Part shown: positions 1 through 9,661 of the stretch, in pieces | Numbering within the stretch: the first letter of the stretch is position 1 | Layout of the letters: each line of letters begins with the position of its first letter | Assembly: GCA_964587655.1 (NCBI GenBank) | Contig: CAZPMT010000007.1 | Coordinates: 12,737 to 76,736 of the forward strand | Length of the DNA stretch: 64,000 nt | Origin: an uncultured Nitrospiraceae bacterium | Lineage (GTDB): Bacteria > Hydrogenedentota > Hydrogenedentia > Hydrogenedentales > SLHB01 | Direction of reading: 5' to 3' | Translations under genes and position numbers: made by a program | The notes under the pieces: model-generated | Told to the model about the DNA's origin: nothing | Seen by the model: the letters and a program-made list of their open reading frames with translations, nothing else | Databases searched by the model: none

Positions 1-42
1 GAGACCGCACATGAATCCCGGCCTTGATGGAGATGCGTAGTC

Positions 43-675
43 ATGGCCCTCGCGTCCCAGACGAATTATCAGACGGCCGTCGCGCAAGGCGCCAAACGAC
101 TGCAAGCGAGTCCGCCGGAAGTCTTGGCCGCGCTGGGCGCGCGCGTGACGGCGGATGGATATTGCACGCTGCCCGTTTTGGACGCGGTATTCGCCGTGGA
201 CCTGGCGTCGGGCCGCGTTACGCTGGCCACTCCGGAACATGAGCCGTTGGCGGACCGGGAAGTCGGCCTCAAGTGGCAGATCCTCGCGCTGCATTATCTG
301 GCCGGTCCCATCCCATTAGGCGAGCCCGCGCGTTGGGTATCGTTTGCCGATCTCCCCGACGGCCGCGGGTACGAACGTGTCTATCAGGCGCGCGTTGTGA
401 GCCGGTTGTGCAAGACGGCCGCCCGCGAGCGAGCTGCGTTTGTGCGGGCAAGTGAGGGGCTGGGCGGACAACGCGCGGTTTGGGGCGATGAAGGATTCCG
501 CTTCCAGGCGTTCCCGTGCCTGTCGGTGATTATCGCGTGGTACCAGGGCGACGAAGAGTTGCCCGCGAACGCGTCGTTCGTCTATCCGGACGATATTCTG
601 TCTCTCCTTCCCGTGGAAGACGTGATCGTGCTTTCGGAAGGCGTGGTCAGCCGTCTCCAGGGCAAGGACTGGTAA
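43..675 (+). CDS. DUF3786-like uncharacterised protein
   Basis: 210-aa ORF. The N-terminal NYQTAV...PPEVLAALGA and C-terminal WYQGDEELPANASFVYPDD...LPVEDVIVLSE patterns match my recollection of the DUF3786 family, which usually sits beside C1/Wood-Ljungdahl genes. Lies directly upstream of fhs. Confidence 0.5.
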   Translation: MALASQTNYQTAVAQGAKRLQASPPEVLAALGARVTADGYCTLPVLDAVFAVDLASGRVTLATPEHEPLADREVGLKWQILALHYLAGPIPLGEPARWVSFADLPDGRGYERVYQARVVSRLCKTAARERAAFVRASEGLGGQRAVWGDEGFRFQAFPCLSVIIAWYQGDEELPANASFVYPDDILSLLPVEDVIVLSEGVVSRLQGKDW

Positions 676-808
676 AAGGTCTCGTGTTAGACCGCCGCTG
701 CTGAGGCCGGCACGCGCTCAGCCGTGAGGCGTTGAGGTTTGAAGTATGCTTGGCTAGGCTGTTGAAGGGCTCGGGGGGAAACCCTGTTCCCAGGAGAGGA
801 GAAATCGC

Positions 809-2599
809 ATGACTGCTTCAAAGAAGTCGCCGCCAGTGGTGCTTGACCCGACCAAGATGGCCGATTGGGAAATCGCCGAGGCCGCCCAAGAGAACATGAA
901 GACGGTATACGAACTGGGCGAGGAATTGGGCCTGGAGAAAATGGAGTTGCTTCCCTATGGCCACTACGTTGCCAAGTTGGACTTTGTGAGTATCCTCAAT
1001 CGGCTCAAGGGCCGGCCGAACGGCAAGTACGTCGAGGTAACCGCGATCACGCCGACGCCGCTGGGCGAAGGCAAGTCGACGACCGCGATGGGACTCGTGC
1101 AGGGTTTGGGGAAACTCGGGAAGAAGGTCATCGGCGCGATACGCCAACCGTCGGGCGGGCCGACCTTCAACATCAAAGGCTCGGCCGCGGGCGGCGGCCT
1201 CAGCCAGTGCATCCCGCTCGCGGATTTCAGCCTCGGCCTGACCGGCGACATTGACGCCATAACGAATTCGCATAATCTCGCGATGGTCGCGCTCACGAGC
1301 CGCATCCAGCACGAGTTCAATTACACCGACGAGCAACTTGCGAAGAAAGGCCTGCGGCGGCTGAACATCGACCCGCGGAATATCGCGATGGGTTGGGCGA
1401 TGGACTTTTGCGCCCAGGCGTTGCGGGAGATCACCATCGGCCTCGGCGGCGATATGGATGGCTTCATGATGAAGAGCGGATTCCAGATCACCGTGTCCTC
1501 CGAAGTCATGGCGATCCTGGCCGTGTCCACCGGTCTCGCCGACATGCGGAAGCGCATCGGCCGGATCGTGGTGGCCTACGACAAGGCCGGCAAGCCCGTC
1601 ACAGCGGGCGACCTCGAGGTCGACGGCGCGATGACGGCGATCATGAGCAAGGCGGTCAATCCGAACCTTATGCAGAGCATCGAAGGGCAGCCAGTGCTGG
1701 TCCACGCGGGTCCGTTCGCCAACATCGCGATAGGCCAATCGTCGATCGTCGCCGATCTGGTGGGCCTCAAGCTGGCCGATTATCTCATTACCGAGAGCGG
1801 ATTCGGCGCCGATATCGGGTTCGAGAAGTTCTGGAATCTGAAGTGCCGGTTCAGCGGGCTGGTTCCGAATTGTTCCGTGATCGTGGCGACGGTCCGCGCG
1901 CTGAAAATGCACGGCGGCGGTCCCAGAGTTGCGCCCGGCAAACCGCTCGACAAGGCGTATACGGAAAAGAATGTGCCTCTGGTCGAGAAGGGGTGCGAGA
2001 ACCTCCTCGCGCACATCGAGACCGTCCGGAAGAGCGGGATCTCACCGGTGGTGTGCATCAACCATTTCTACACCGACGCGGACGAAGAAGTGGCGGCAGT
2101 CCGCAAGATCGCGGAAGCGGCGGGCGCCCGCGTGGCCCTGTCCAAGCATTGGGAGAAAGGCGGAGAAGGCGCTATCGAACTGGCCGAGGCCGTGATCGAG
2201 GCGTGCAATCAGAAACCCAATTTCAAGTTCCTCTATGAGGACAGCTTGCCGCTGAAAGATAAGATCCACCGGATTGCGACGGAGGTCTACGGCGCGGACG
2301 GCGTCAGTTACTCGACGGAAGCCGAGGCCAAGATCGCGATGATCATGGCGGACGATGAACTCAAGAAACTCGGCACGTGCATGGTGAAGACGCATCTGAG
2401 CCTTTCGCATGATCCGGGTATGAAGAACCGTCCGAAGGGCTGGACGCTGCCGGTCCGCGACGTGCTTGTGTATCGCGGGGCCGGCTTCGTGGTGCCCGTC
2501 GCGGGCGCGATCAAACTGATGCCCGGAACGGCGTCCGACGCAGCCTTCCGCCGTATCGATATTGATGTCGAAACGGGCAAAGTGAAAGGACTATTCTAG
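809..2599 (+). CDS. fhs: formate--tetrahydrofolate ligase
   Basis: 596 aa, full length. Hallmark [11 protein letters not shown] loop and end-to-end family resemblance. AGGAGAGGAG RBS precedes ATG 809. Confidence 0.97.
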   Translation: MTASKKSPPVVLDPTKMADWEIAEAAQENMKTVYELGEELGLEKMELLPYGHYVAKLDFVSILNRLKGRPNGKYVEVTAITPTPLGEGKSTTAMGLVQGLGKLGKKVIGAIRQPSGGPTFNIKGSAAGGGLSQCIPLADFSLGLTGDIDAITNSHNLAMVALTSRIQHEFNYTDEQLAKKGLRRLNIDPRNIAMGWAMDFCAQALREITIGLGGDMDGFMMKSGFQITVSSEVMAILAVSTGLADMRKRIGRIVVAYDKAGKPVTAGDLEVDGAMTAIMSKAVNPNLMQSIEGQPVLVHAGPFANIAIGQSSIVADLVGLKLADYLITESGFGADIGFEKFWNLKCRFSGLVPNCSVIVATVRALKMHGGGPRVAPGKPLDKAYTEKNVPLVEKGCENLLAHIETVRKSGISPVVCINHFYTDADEEVAAVRKIAEAAGARVALSKHWEKGGEGAIELAEAVIEACNQKPNFKFLYEDSLPLKDKIHRIATEVYGADGVSYSTEAEAKIAMIMADDELKKLGTCMVKTHLSLSHDPGMKNRPKGWTLPVRDVLVYRGAGFVVPVAGAIKLMPGTASDAAFRRIDIDVETGKVKGLF

Positions 2600-2649
2600 C
2601 CTCGCTGGCTGTTTCATCAATAGAGAAGTTTTGTCGTGAATTCGCGTCA

Positions 2650-3198
2650 ATGGCCTTTCTGTCGGGCAATGGAGATTCCCTGCAAAACGGAATGGACGTC
2701 ATGCCGGTTGAAATGAAAGAAAATCCGTCGCTGTGCTATCAGTGCGCTAAGTGCTCAACGGGATGTCCTGTGTCGGACGAGATGGACATGCTGCCGCATC
2801 AGATCATCCATCTCCTGTCGTTGGGCATGGAAGACCGGGCGCTGCGTAGCAAGACGATCTGGATGTGCGCGGGGTGCTACGCGTGCGCCGTGCGGTGCCC
2901 GAACGACATCGACATCACTTCGGTGATGGATGACTTGCGCGGCGCGGCCATGAGGACGGGCGTGCCGTGTCCCGTACCCGAGGCGCTGGCATTTCACAAG
3001 ACGTTCTTGACGGACGTTGCGCGGCGCGGGCGGGTGCACGAACTTCGAATGATGGGCGAGTACAACCTGCGCACAAAGCGCCCGTTCCACAACGCGGCGC
3101 TGGGTCCCAAGATGTGGCTGAAAGGCCGGCTCCATCTGTTCCCGCCGCGTGCGATCAGAGGTTTCAGAAAGTGGATGAAAAAACTATGGCATCGGTAA
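2650..3198 (+). CDS. hdrC: heterodisulfide reductase subunit C-like 4Fe-4S protein
   Basis: Two ferredoxin-type cluster motifs (CYQCAKCSTGCPV, CAGCYACAVRCPN), HdrC size and position upstream of hdrB. The start is uncertain; ATG 2701 is an alternative. Confidence 0.8.
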   Translation: MAFLSGNGDSLQNGMDVMPVEMKENPSLCYQCAKCSTGCPVSDEMDMLPHQIIHLLSLGMEDRALRSKTIWMCAGCYACAVRCPNDIDITSVMDDLRGAAMRTGVPCPVPEALAFHKTFLTDVARRGRVHELRMMGEYNLRTKRPFHNAALGPKMWLKGRLHLFPPRAIRGFRKWMKKLWHR

Positions 3199-4058
3199 CG
3201 CCGCGCGTAGCGTTCTATCCGGGATGCAGCCTCGAGGGCTCGTCAGGCAGTTTCGAGGCGAGCGTGTCCGAGGTGTTTCGCGTGCTGGGCATCGAACGGA
3301 ACACGTTGAAGGACTGGACGTGTTGCGGGGCGACTTCCGCGCATGCGGTGGACCGGCGTCTTCACCTGTGTCTCAACCTGCGCAATCTCGCGCAGGCGGA
3401 GTCGCAAGGATACCAGGAGGTGCTTGCGCCTTGCGCGGCCTGTTACCACAGGCTCGCGGGCGCAAACCACGCGCTGCAGGAAGACAAGGCGCTGCTGGCT
3501 TCGCTCAACTCCGAGACCGGGTTCGATTATAAGGGCGGCGTGAAGGTGCGCAACGTGCTCGATTATCTTGCGAACGTGATCGGTGTCGAGCGGATCGCAG
3601 CCAAGGTCACGCATCCCCTGTCTGGATTGCGGACGGTCTGTTACTACGGCTGCTTGAACACGCGCATCCCGCGGATGGCTTCGTTTGACACGGTCGAATA
3701 CCCGATGTCGATGGATCGGATCGTGCGCGGGCTTGGCGCGGAAACGCTGGATTGGTCGTACAAGACCGAGTGCTGCGGTGCGAGCCTGTTCCTGACGGCG
3801 GAATCGGTTTCGGCCAAACTCGTGGCGAAGATCCTGAAGGACGCGATTGCGCACGGTGCGGAATGCATCGTCGTGGCGTGTCCGATGTGCCAGAACAACC
3901 TGGACACGAAACAGGAGGTAATCCGGGAGGCGTTCCAGATTCCCCGGCCCATTCCCATTTTGTTTGTGACGCAACTGATCGGGCTCGCGCTCGGGTTGGA
4001 CGCGAAAGCGCTGAAGCTGAGTCAGAGCTTCGTTCCGTTTGAGAAGGTATTGGTGTAA
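3186..4058 (+). CDS. hdrB: heterodisulfide reductase subunit B-like (CCG-domain) protein
   Basis: Internal ATG 3186 of ORF 2967..4058 gives MASVTPRVAFYPGCSLEG. Two CCG-type motifs (WTCCGATSAH, ECCGASLF) plus CPMCQ. Overlaps the hdrC stop by 13 nt. Confidence 0.85.
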   Translation: MASVTPRVAFYPGCSLEGSSGSFEASVSEVFRVLGIERNTLKDWTCCGATSAHAVDRRLHLCLNLRNLAQAESQGYQEVLAPCAACYHRLAGANHALQEDKALLASLNSETGFDYKGGVKVRNVLDYLANVIGVERIAAKVTHPLSGLRTVCYYGCLNTRIPRMASFDTVEYPMSMDRIVRGLGAETLDWSYKTECCGASLFLTAESVSAKLVAKILKDAIAHGAECIVVACPMCQNNLDTKQEVIREAFQIPRPIPILFVTQLIGLALGLDAKALKLSQSFVPFEKVLV

Positions 4059-7000
4059 TGGGCGATAACGGCAAGAGAGTCGGTTCGGTGCTCGTGGTCG
4101 GCGCGGGCATTGCCGGCATGCAGGCGGCGTTGGACTGCGCGAATTCCGGGTTCAAGGTCTACTTGCTCGAACAGCAGCCGGCTATCGGCGGCAACATGGC
4201 GCGCCTGGACAAGACGTTTCCGACGAACGACTGCGCGATGTGCATGATTTCCCCGAAGCTCGTCGAGGTGGGACGCCACCTCAATATCGAGATCATCTCG
4301 TACGCCGATCTGAAGAACATGGAAGGCGAACCGGGCAACTTCACGATCACGGTCAACAAACGGACGCGGTACGTTGACGAGATTAAGTGCAATGGATGCG
4401 GCGAATGCGAGCAGGTCTGCCCGGTGACCTTTCCGGATACGTTCAACGGCGAACTGGCCGGGCGCAAGGCGATCTACCGCCTCTACCCGCAGGCGATTCC
4501 GAACGTTTTCACGATCGACAAGCGCGCGATGAATCCGCCGTGCCGCGGCACGTGTCCGGCGGGAGTCAATGCGCAGGGATACGTTGCGCTCATCGCGCAG
4601 AACAGATTCCTCGAGGCGCTCGACGTGGTGCGCGAGCGTATGCCGTTCGCGGGCGTCTGCGGGCGCATCTGCCACCACCCGTGCGAGCAGAAGTGCAATC
4701 GTCTGCAGATCGACGAAGCGGTCTCGGTGCGGAACCTGAAAAGGTTCGTCGCGGATTATGAACGCGACCTCATCCGGAAGGGCGAATCCATCGAGCGTCC
4801 GCCCAGTGAAATACCCGTGGATGCCAAGCAGCCTTACACGGAGCGCGTGGCGGTAGTTGGCGGCGGGCCGGCGGGCCTCACCTGCGCGTACGACCTCGCG
4901 AAACGGGGATATCCCGTGACCGTGTTCGACGCCAACAAGGAACTGGGCGGCATGATGCGGACGGGCATTCCCGCGTACCGCCTGCCGCGCGAGTACCTTG
5001 ATCTCGAGATCAATCAGCTACTGAGCGAAGGCATCGAGATCAAGACCGGAACTGCGCTCGGCAAGGATTTCTCGCTCGATGACCTGAAGACGCGCGGATA
5101 CAATGCCGTGTTTGTAGCGACGGGCGCGCAGCGCGCCAAGAAGATCCCGCTCGACGGCAGCGACACGCAAGGCGTTCTCTACGGTATTCCGTTTCTGCGC
5201 GAAGTCAACGAGGGCGGCAGGCCAGCGATCGGGAAGAAGATCGTCGTCATCGGCGGCGGGAACGTTGCGATGGACGTCGCGCGCTCGGCGCTGCGCGCCG
5301 AGCCTGGCGCGTCCGTGACGGTGGCGTGTCTCGAATCGCGCGAAGAGATGCCCGCGCATGATTGGGAAATCACCGAGGCCGAGGAAGAGGGCGTCTTCAT
5401 GAAGCCATCGTGGGGACCCAAGGTCGTCCTCGCGAGGAACGGGAAGGTCGCGGGCATCCGGCTTGTAAAATGCACCGCGGTATTCGACAAGGACCGCCGG
5501 TTCAACCCGGCGTTTGATGAGAACCAGACCGAGACCCTTGACGCCGACACGGTGATCCTGGCCATCGGCCAGACCTGTGACCTCACGGGCGTCGAAGAGC
5601 ACTTGAAGGTTAACCGCGGGCTCGTATCGAGCGACCCTCTGACACTCGAGACGTCGCAGCCCGGCGTGTTTGCGGGTGGCGATGTGGTGTTGGGGCCGGC
5701 CTCGCTTGTGCAAGCCGTGGCCCAAGGGCATCGGGCCGCGGACTCGATTCATCGTCATCTGCGCGGAGAGGATTTGCGCGCCGATCGCGAACCGGCCGAA
5801 CGCCCCGCGGATTTGGCCGCCTTCCCCGAATGGGCGGAGAGAAAATACGTGCCCAGGCAGTCCATGCCGGTTGCCGGACTGGATGCGCGGAAGACGTCCT
5901 TCGCGGAAATCGATCAGGGGTTCACGGCTGAGCAGGCGGTGGCCGAGGCGCAACGGTGTCTGCAATGCGGCGGGTGTTCGCAGTGCAGAGCGTGCGTGCG
6001 GGTCTGCAAGGCGCACGCCGTGGACCATGATCTGCAAGACGAGGCGCGGCAGTTCAAAGTTGGCGCCGTTATCCTGACCGGCGGTTACGATCCGTTTGAC
6101 GCGAAGGTGAAAGCGGAATATGGGTTCGGGCGGTATCCGAACGTCGTGACGAGCATGCAATTCGAGCGCATCCTCAGCGCGTCCGGGCCGTACCAGGGCC
6201 ACTTGCAGCGTCCGTCCGACGGCAAAGCGCCGCGGAAAGTGGCGTGGATTCAGTGCGTGGGTTCGCGCGACGTGACGTGCGGCAACGACTACTGCTCGTC
6301 GGTGTGCTGCATGTACGCGACGAAAGAGGCCATCATCGCGAAGGAACACCAGAGCGACGTCGAGCCGACGATCTTCTACATCGACATGCGCGCGTTCGGA
6401 AAAGGTTTCGACGAGTTCTACAACCGCGCGAAAGACAATTACGGCGTCCGCTACGTTCGTAGCCAGGTATCTTCCTTGAAAGAGAACCCCGAGAACGGGA
6501 ACATGATTGTGCGCTTCGTGACCGGCACGGATACGCTCCGGACGACGGAGGAAGAGTTTGACATGGTGGTGCTCTCGGTGGGCTTGACGGCCAACCGTTC
6601 CACGAAAGAGGCCGCCAGGCTGCTCGGTATCGAATGCAACCGGTATGGTTTCGCCAAGAGCCGTCCGTTACAGCCGCTGCTGTCGAGCCGCGAGGGCGTT
6701 TTCCTGTCCGGGGCGGTGAGCGGTCCGAAGGATATTCCGGAAACGGTGATGCAGAGCAGCGGAGCGGCCGCGTTGTGCGGCGAGATGCTCCAGACGGCGC
6801 GCGGGACGCAGGTGCTGATAAAGGAATACCCCGCGGAGCGGAGCACGGCGGGCGAGGAGCCGCGCATCGGCGTGTTTGTGTGCCACTGCGGCATCAACAT
6901 CGCCTCGGTGGTCGATGTGACCGCCGTTTCCGAGTACATCAAGACCATCCCCGGCGTGGTCTACACTGAACACACGATCTACACCTGCTCGCAGGACACG

Positions 7001-8533
7001 CAGAAGCGGATCAAGGAGGTCATTCAGGAGCAGAACCTGAATCGCGTGATCGTGGCGTCGTGCACGCCGCGCACCCATGAGCCGCTGTTCCAGGAGACGT
7101 TGCGAGAAGCCGGGCTGAACAAATATCTGTTCGAGATGGCCGATATCCGCGAGCAATGCTCGTGGGTGCACCAGAAAGATCCCGCCCGCGCTACGGAGAA
7201 GGCCAAGGCTTTGGTGCGAGGCAGCGTCGGGAAGGCGAAACTGCTCGAGCCTCTGGAATTCAAGAAAGTCGGCGTTACGCGCGCGGCGCTCGTGATCGGC
7301 GGCGGGCTTTCAGGCGTGACGGCGGCGCTCTCGCTGGCGCGCCAGGGATTCGAGGTCCACCTTGTCGAAAGAGAAGCGCAACTCGGCGGCAATATGCGCC
7401 GCGTGAAACGCAGCCTCGAAGGGCACGATTGGCAGGCGTATCTTCAGGACGCGATTCGCCTGGTGCAATCGACACGCGGCGTCCACGTCCATCTGGAATC
7501 GCAAGTGGACGAAGTGACCGGGTTCGTCGGCAACTTCACTACGCGGCTGAAAGGCAAGTCGCAGGCGGAGATCAAACACGGTGTGATCCTCGTGGCCACG
7601 GGCGCGACGGAAGATGCGCCGGAGGAGTTTCTCTTCGGCGTCGACAGCCGAGTGATGAGCCAGCGCGACCTCGATGCGAAACTCGAAGAAGGTTTCGCGC
7701 CCAAGACCGTGGTCATGATCCAGTGCGTCGGGAGCCGGAACGAAAAGCGGCCGTATTGCTCGCGCGTTTGTTGCGGCGCCGCCGTGAAGAACGCCTTGAC
7801 AATCAAGACCAAGAATCCGCAGGCCGAGGTGTACGTCCTGTATCGCGAGATGCGGACCTACGAGTACCGCGAGGAGTATTACCGGAAAGCGCGCGAACTG
7901 GGCGTGCGGTTCATTCACTTCCCCGATGAGGAGTATCCGCGGGTCGCGGCCGCGAACGGCACGCTCAAGGTCGCCGTTCACAACACTGTTCTTGGCGAGA
8001 CCCTCGAACTCAAGGCCGATGCCTTGGTGTTGAGCACGGCGATGACGCCTGTCAAGGCTGACAACCAGCGTCTGTCGGAGATGTTGAAGATCTCTCTGAA
8101 CGAACACGGGTTCTTCATGGAAGCCCACATCAAGCTGCGTCCGGTGGACTTCGCGAACGAAGGGATCTTCGTCTGCGGGCTGGCCCATTCGCCGAAGTAT
8201 ACGGAGGAGAACGTGACGCAGGCGTTGGCCGCGGCGGGCCGCGCCGCGTGCATCCTTGCGAAGGATTTCCTCGAGGTGGGCGGCGTTGTCTCGCACATCA
8301 ATCCGGACAAGTGCGCGACCTGCCTTACGTGCGTGCGCGAATGCGTGTACAACGCGCCGTTCGTGAATGACGAGGGCAAGGCTGAGATAGAAGAGGCCAA
8401 ATGCCAGGGCTGCGGCAACTGCGCGTCGGCGTGTCCTGCGAAGGCGATCGAGTTGCGCACGTTCAGCGACGCGCAGGAGATGGCGTTGTTCCGCAGCATA
8501 CTGCATGAAGCGGAGGCCGCGAACGTAAAGTGA
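4058..8533 (+). CDS. hdrA: giant HdrA-family flavoprotein (HdrA N-terminus + GltD/NfnB-like NAD(P)H module + HdrA core + second HdrA-like module)
   Basis: 1491-aa uninterrupted ORF whose start shares TAATG with the hdrB stop. It has an HdrA N-terminus (VLVVGAGIAGMQAAL...FPTNDCAMCMISPK) followed by a GltD-type Fe-S domain (CRGTCPAG...CGRICHHPCEQKC). Two Rossmann folds follow (VAVVGGGPAGL, IVVIGGGNVAMD), then an HdrA core (CVGSRD...YCSSVCCMY). The last part is a second HdrA-like unit (LVIGGGLSGV...CVGSRNEKRPYCSRVCC) with C-terminal 2x4Fe-4S motifs. Confidence 0.85.
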   Translation: MGDNGKRVGSVLVVGAGIAGMQAALDCANSGFKVYLLEQQPAIGGNMARLDKTFPTNDCAMCMISPKLVEVGRHLNIEIISYADLKNMEGEPGNFTITVNKRTRYVDEIKCNGCGECEQVCPVTFPDTFNGELAGRKAIYRLYPQAIPNVFTIDKRAMNPPCRGTCPAGVNAQGYVALIAQNRFLEALDVVRERMPFAGVCGRICHHPCEQKCNRLQIDEAVSVRNLKRFVADYERDLIRKGESIERPPSEIPVDAKQPYTERVAVVGGGPAGLTCAYDLAKRGYPVTVFDANKELGGMMRTGIPAYRLPREYLDLEINQLLSEGIEIKTGTALGKDFSLDDLKTRGYNAVFVATGAQRAKKIPLDGSDTQGVLYGIPFLREVNEGGRPAIGKKIVVIGGGNVAMDVARSALRAEPGASVTVACLESREEMPAHDWEITEAEEEGVFMKPSWGPKVVLARNGKVAGIRLVKCTAVFDKDRRFNPAFDENQTETLDADTVILAIGQTCDLTGVEEHLKVNRGLVSSDPLTLETSQPGVFAGGDVVLGPASLVQAVAQGHRAADSIHRHLRGEDLRADREPAERPADLAAFPEWAERKYVPRQSMPVAGLDARKTSFAEIDQGFTAEQAVAEAQRCLQCGGCSQCRACVRVCKAHAVDHDLQDEARQFKVGAVILTGGYDPFDAKVKAEYGFGRYPNVVTSMQFERILSASGPYQGHLQRPSDGKAPRKVAWIQCVGSRDVTCGNDYCSSVCCMYATKEAIIAKEHQSDVEPTIFYIDMRAFGKGFDEFYNRAKDNYGVRYVRSQVSSLKENPENGNMIVRFVTGTDTLRTTEEEFDMVVLSVGLTANRSTKEAARLLGIECNRYGFAKSRPLQPLLSSREGVFLSGAVSGPKDIPETVMQSSGAAALCGEMLQTARGTQVLIKEYPAERSTAGEEPRIGVFVCHCGINIASVVDVTAVSEYIKTIPGVVYTEHTIYTCSQDTQKRIKEVIQEQNLNRVIVASCTPRTHEPLFQETLREAGLNKYLFEMADIREQCSWVHQKDPARATEKAKALVRGSVGKAKLLEPLEFKKVGVTRAALVIGGGLSGVTAALSLARQGFEVHLVEREAQLGGNMRRVKRSLEGHDWQAYLQDAIRLVQSTRGVHVHLESQVDEVTGFVGNFTTRLKGKSQAEIKHGVILVATGATEDAPEEFLFGVDSRVMSQRDLDAKLEEGFAPKTVVMIQCVGSRNEKRPYCSRVCCGAAVKNALTIKTKNPQAEVYVLYREMRTYEYREEYYRKARELGVRFIHFPDEEYPRVAAANGTLKVAVHNTVLGETLELKADALVLSTAMTPVKADNQRLSEMLKISLNEHGFFMEAHIKLRPVDFANEGIFVCGLAHSPKYTEENVTQALAAAGRAACILAKDFLEVGGVVSHINPDKCATCLTCVRECVYNAPFVNDEGKAEIEEAKCQGCGNCASACPAKAIELRTFSDAQEMALFRSILHEAEAANVK

Positions 8534-8961
8534 GCCAGGTATCCGAAATGACGGACGAACCCAATATAATCGCGTTTTGCTGCCATTACTGCGCATTCAC
8601 CGCGGCGGACCTGGCGGGCACGATGCGGCAGCAGTACGCCCCTAATATCCGCATTGTGCGGCTGCCTTGCACGGGCAAAGTGGACGTGAACCTCATCCTG
8701 CGGGCGTTTGTCGAAGGCGCCGAGGGCGTCATGGTGGCGGGATGCGAGATCGGCAGTTGCCATTTTATCGAGGGCAACGTGCGCGCGCGCAAACGCGTCG
8801 CATACGCGAAAGTTATGATCCAGGAAGCGGGGCTCGATCCGGAACGCCTCGAGATGTTCCATATCGCGGCTTCGCAAGGGCCGCTGTTTGCGCGAACCGC
8901 AAACGAATTCACCGAACGCATCAAAGGGATCAACGCGAAAGAAAAGGCCTCCGCCGTCTGA
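8530..8961 (+). CDS. mvhD: methyl-viologen-reducing hydrogenase delta subunit-like protein
   Basis: 143 aa with the MvhD/FlpD pattern IIAFCCHYCAF...RLPCTGKVD...AGCEIGSCHF. The GTG start overlaps the hdrA stop. Confidence 0.85.
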   Translation: MSQVSEMTDEPNIIAFCCHYCAFTAADLAGTMRQQYAPNIRIVRLPCTGKVDVNLILRAFVEGAEGVMVAGCEIGSCHFIEGNVRARKRVAYAKVMIQEAGLDPERLEMFHIAASQGPLFARTANEFTERIKGINAKEKASAV

Positions 8962-8986
8962 AGCCGGGTTTGCCAGGAGAGTTTAT

Positions 8987-9661
8987 ATGATTGTTGCAGA
9001 ACGAAAGCCGCTCGAAGAGCTTTACGCCCATGCCAAGAAGCACAAGAAGGTGCTGCTCTTGGGATGCGGCACTTGCGTGACCGTGTGTATGGCCGGCGGC
9101 GAGAAAGAGGTCGGCATCCTTGCCAGTCAGATGGAGATCGCGGCGCGCGAGCGTGGCGACGACATCGCGGTGACGGAGCACACGATAACTCGGCAGTGTG
9201 ATAGCGAGTTCTTCGACGAGGCCACCGCGCGAAAGGTTGAAGAAGCCGACGCGATTATATCCCTGGGCTGCGGCGTGGGAGTGCAGTTCTGCGCGGAACG
9301 GTTCCCCGACAAGCCCGTCTATCCCGGTCTGAACACGAAGTTCTACGGGGCAACGCTCGAGCAGGGCGTATGGGCGGAGCGGTGCGCGGGATGCGGCGAG
9401 TGCGTATTGGACAAGTTCGGCGGCGTGTGCCCGGTGGCGCGCTGTTCGAAGAGCCTGTTGAACGGACCGTGCGGGGGATCGTCGGAAGGGCGGTGCGAAG
9501 TCGACCCTGATAACGTCGAGTGCGCATGGCAACTGATCCATGACCGCATGGAAAAGCTCGGGCGCTTGGACGAATTGGAAGAGAATCAGCCGATGAAGGA
9601 CTGGTCCACGAACCGCGACGGCGGACCGCGTAAAGTGACAAGGGAAGATATGCGACTATGA
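8987..9661 (+). CDS. metV: methylene-THF reductase small Cys-rich subunit (MetV / MTHFR C-terminal-domain protein)
   Basis: ATG 8987 is preceded by AGGAGA. Cys-rich motifs GCGTCVTVCMAGG and CAGCGECV...GVCPVARCSKSLLNGPCGG. The stop overlaps the metF start (ATGA). Confidence 0.8.
   Translation: MIVAERKPLEELYAHAKKHKKVLLLGCGTCVTVCMAGGEKEVGILASQMEIAARERGDDIAVTEHTITRQCDSEFFDEATARKVEEADAIISLGCGVGVQFCAERFPDKPVYPGLNTKFYGATLEQGVWAERCAGCGECVLDKFGGVCPVARCSKSLLNGPCGGSSEGRCEVDPDNVECAWQLIHDRMEKLGRLDELEENQPMKDWSTNRDGGPRKVTREDMRL

Noticed and set aside
1-42. Possible 3' end of an upstream gene at the window start
   Set aside because: Too short to assign a frame or product.
818-2014. 398-aa antisense ORF inside fhs. 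Similar long antisense or alternate-frame ORFs occur at 5018..6349, 7310..8596, 13411..14943, 16666..17619, 21436..22410, 28629..29660, 31642..32715, 39085..39972, 42353..43681 and 44269..45018.
   Set aside because: These are shadow ORFs typical of high-G+C coding DNA. They are Arg/Ala/Pro/Gly-rich with no recognisable motifs, and each fully overlaps a gene with strong family signatures on the other strand or frame.
2967-3185. N-terminal extensions of track ORFs: hdrB 2967, GH57 13237, PqaA-like 33405, enoyl-CoA hydratase 32761, RumA-like 35309, SBP 36790, permease 37962, PQQ genes 43657, 45068 and 49862, GT4 55264, corA 28756
   Set aside because: The extensions overlap upstream genes or intergenic repeats, are Arg/Pro-rich, and precede internal starts that have good RBSs, family-typical N-termini or signal peptides.
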